From contig OY762721.1 of assembly GCA_963666345.1 (NCBI GenBank), positions 3,616,001 through 3,680,000 on the forward strand: 64,000 bases of DNA. Direction: 5' to 3'. The notes under the pieces are model-generated. The model searched no databases. It was not told where the DNA came from and was given only the letters and a program-made list of their open reading frames with translations. This DNA is from Desulfatiglandales bacterium. GTDB taxonomy: Bacteria > Desulfobacterota > DSM-4660 > Desulfatiglandales > Desulfatiglandaceae. The position numbers were made by a program, and so were the translations under genes. Positions 61,617 to 64,000 of this stretch are shown piece by piece (positions within the stretch are counted from its first letter, which is position 1; every line of letters begins with the position of its first letter).

Positions 61617-63017
61617 ATGAAAGACATGAGAGATTTTATCCAAGAGGCGGAAGCCCGGGGCCTGCTCCACAGGATAAAGGCCGAGGTGGACTGGAACCTT
61701 GAGCTGTCCCATATCGCAAAACTTAACGAGGAAAACCAGGGACCGGCACTGCTTTTCGAAAACGTCAAGGATTACGACTCCCCAGTCATCACGAGCGTGT
61801 GCACCACCACCGAAAGACTTGCCCTCATAATGGGCATGCCGGGGGAATCGTCCTTGGTGGACATCATGAGGATGTGGGTGGAGAAAAATGAAGACAGGAT
61901 TCCCCCCAGATATGTGGACAATGCGCCGTGCAAGGAAAACATCATGATGGGTGATGATGTGGATCTTTTCAGGTTTCCCGCGCCCAAGTTTTATCCGATG
62001 GACGGCGGGCGTTTTTTCGGTACCGCCCATTTCGTGGTCACAAAAGACCCTGATACCGGGTGGGTCAACCTTGGCACATACAGGCTCCAGCTCCTGGACA
62101 AAAATCATCTCGGAACCCAGTTCATAAAGGGAAAGCATGCGGATATCATGCTCAAGAAATACCAGAAGCTGAAGGAGCCGATGCCTGTTGCGGTAGTGGT
62201 GGGATGCGACCCGATACTCTTTCTGATGGGGGCCTCAAGGCTCTCGGCCTTTGAAAGTGAATATGATTTCGCAGGCTCCATAAGGGGTGAGGCAATAGAT
62301 GTAATAAAGGCTGAGACAAACGACCTGCCGGTTCCGGCCACGGCCGAGATCGTGGTGGAAGGGGAGGTGGACGCGGACACATTCATGGACGAAGGCCCGT
62401 TCGGCGAGTACACAGGCTACTATTCAGGTGTGGGGACCGACCCGAGAAATTTCATAGACGTAAAGTGCGTGACCCACAGGACAAATCCCGTGTTCTGGTC
62501 CACCACGGTGGGACGCGCGGTGACGGACACCCACATGACCATGGCGCTTACCTACGGCGCGACCCTGTGGCAGCAGCTTGTCGCCATGAAAATCCCCGGC
62601 ATAAAGGCGGTCTACTGCCCGCCCGAGGGCTCGGGACGCTTTCTTGCCATAATTTCCATGACCCAGATGTATCCGGGACACGCGGATCAGGTCCTTACCG
62701 CCGCCATATCGACCGAGATGGGCGCCTACGGCCTCAAGACCGTTATCGTGGTGGATGATGATATCGACCCGTGGGATATATCAAGGGTCATGTATGCGCT
62801 CAGCTTCAGGTTTCAGCCTAACAGGAGTCAGGTAATAAAAAGAGGGAGGTCCACCCCGCTTGATCCTTCTCTTCCCTTAAACGCAAGGGAGATCACAGGC
62901 AGGCTCCTGCTGGACGCCACCATACCGTATGACTGGAAGGAAAAGCCGATCCCTATTGAGCTTGATCCGGAGCTGGTGGAAAAGATAAAGGGCCGATGGT
63001 CTGAACTGGGGTTTTAG
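61617..63017 (+). CDS. ppcB: UbiD-family carboxylase, phenylphosphate carboxylase beta-like
   Basis: EVDWNLELSHIAKL..GPALLFE, NLGTYR, EGPFGEYTGYY, RGRSTPLDPSL. Confidence 0.82.
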   Translation: MKDMRDFIQEAEARGLLHRIKAEVDWNLELSHIAKLNEENQGPALLFENVKDYDSPVITSVCTTTERLALIMGMPGESSLVDIMRMWVEKNEDRIPPRYVDNAPCKENIMMGDDVDLFRFPAPKFYPMDGGRFFGTAHFVVTKDPDTGWVNLGTYRLQLLDKNHLGTQFIKGKHADIMLKKYQKLKEPMPVAVVVGCDPILFLMGASRLSAFESEYDFAGSIRGEAIDVIKAETNDLPVPATAEIVVEGEVDADTFMDEGPFGEYTGYYSGVGTDPRNFIDVKCVTHRTNPVFWSTTVGRAVTDTHMTMALTYGATLWQQLVAMKIPGIKAVYCPPEGSGRFLAIISMTQMYPGHADQVLTAAISTEMGAYGLKTVIVVDDDIDPWDISRVMYALSFRFQPNRSQVIKRGRSTPLDPSLPLNAREITGRLLLDATIPYDWKEKPIPIELDPELVEKIKGRWSELGF

Positions 63018-63034
63018 ACAGGGGGAGAATCGAT

Positions 63035-64000
63035 ATGAAGCCTATCCGCTATGATCCGGAAGAGATAGAGAAAAATTTGAGGGAGGGTTTCTGGGATAAG
63101 ACCATCCTGCCCGACTTTTGGGAGAAAAACGCCAGGCTGTGGCCTGACAGGGAGGCCCTTGTCGATTCCCTCGGATCCAGGCTGACCTGGGCCGAGGCCG
63201 CGCAGAGGATCGACAGGATCGCGTTCGGGCTTATAAAGGAGGCGGGTGTTAAGAGGGATGACAGGCTCATGGTGCAGCTTCCTAACTGCGTGGAGCAGGT
63301 CCTTGTTCGCCTTGCCTGTGAAAAGGCGGGGGTCCTTTCCATACCCGAGATGACCACCTTCAGGCAGACGGAGCTTGCGGACATCGCAAAAAGGACGGAC
63401 GCGGCGGGCATGGTAATTGCCAGGAGCTACAGAAACTTCGACCACCATGAAATGGCAAGGGAACTTCAGGCTCAGCTGCCGGGACTCAGGCACATCATAG
63501 TGGCGGGGGACGACGTGCCTCAAGGCTGCATCTCGTTGAACGAGATCATGGCTCACCCATATGAGAAGGAGTTCGACATCCTGGAGCTTATCGCCAGGAA
63601 GCTTGACGCGGTGGAAGAGGTGGGCTTTCTTATCACGACCACCGGCACCACAGGCCTTCCGAAGCTTATCGAGCACAGGATAGCGGCGCGCGAGATCTGG
63701 ACCGCAAGATCGCATGTGAAAAACTGGAAGCTCGGCCCTGATGACTGCGTGATCGCCATCGCCCCGCTCGCAGGGGCCGCCGGGGGCACGCCCGCCTATG
63801 TTACGGCACCGGTGGGGGGAGCCAAAATCGCCCTTGAATACCAGTACAGGGGAGAGGAAACGCTCGCCTTCATGGAACAGGAGCGGGTCACGGTGATCGC
63901 CCTTGTGCCGACCCAGCTCGCAAGGCTGCTGGAACTTCCCACCGGCAAATATGACCTTTCATCTTTAAGGATAATAAAGACCGCCGGAGGGTACCTGCCG
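63035..64000 (+). CDS. AMP-forming acyl/aryl-CoA ligase, 3'-truncated by window edge
   Basis: Frame open from ATG 63035 (MKPIRYDPEE..); VQLPNC, TTTGTTGLPK AMP-binding motif; missing from the ORF track because it has no stop. Confidence 0.85.
   Translation, partial: MKPIRYDPEEIEKNLREGFWDKTILPDFWEKNARLWPDREALVDSLGSRLTWAEAAQRIDRIAFGLIKEAGVKRDDRLMVQLPNCVEQVLVRLACEKAGVLSIPEMTTFRQTELADIAKRTDAAGMVIARSYRNFDHHEMARELQAQLPGLRHIIVAGDDVPQGCISLNEIMAHPYEKEFDILELIARKLDAVEEVGFLITTTGTTGLPKLIEHRIAAREIWTARSHVKNWKLGPDDCVIAIAPLAGAAGGTPAYVTAPVGGAKIALEYQYRGEETLAFMEQERVTVIALVPTQLARLLELPTGKYDLSSLRIIKTAGGYLP

Noticed and set aside
63014..63789. Minus-strand ORFs (233, 120, 78 aa) and similar short overlapping ORFs across the window
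   Set aside because: They are shadows of well-supported genes on the other strand or frame, with no motifs

Overview
The window looks like a mosaic from an anaerobic bacterium; gene content and intergenic repeats suggest Desulfobacterota, which is an inference. AT-rich accessory blocks alternate with GC-richer core-like blocks (judged by eye). (1) 1-8.8 kb: catabolic cargo (two SDRs sharing a near-identical 238-bp 5' segment, NIPSNAP-like, OYE-family oxidoreductase, hemB, nitroreductase, BKACE, receiver protein) and an IS4 remnant. It ends at an attR-like site made of arm repeats, an IHF site and the 3' half of tRNA-Arg(ACG). (2) 9.3-14.6 kb: a frameshifted Schlafen/AlbA_2 gene and a ~1280-aa nuclease-STAND NTPase gene separated by an attC-like site, a candidate anti-phage cassette pair. 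(3) 15.6-32 kb: two Thr-type sulfatase-like hydrolases, a NitT/TauT ABC transporter, GntR, a non-pyrrolysine MttB methyltransferase with corrinoid protein, CysD-like and Sat. This block is interrupted by tdh-kbl (kbl broken by a frameshift and an ORF-less degenerate group II intron) and IS200. (4) 33-43 kb: core-like trkH/trkA, nitroreductase, manC/manA, a methyltransferase and a molybdopterin enzyme. (5) 43.7-52.6 kb: LacI, HpsN-like HisD paralog, TctCBA, sulfatase-like, SDR and 3-hydroxyacyl-CoA dehydrogenase. (6) 52.9-64 kb: nitrilase, Tm-1-like, receiver, LysR and a phenylphosphate synthase A/B, carboxylase beta, CoA-ligase cluster, with inverted remnants of a repeat-flanked four-helix-bundle cassette. 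No CRISPR array, rRNA or intact tRNA was seen. All family calls rest on motif recognition, not database searches.
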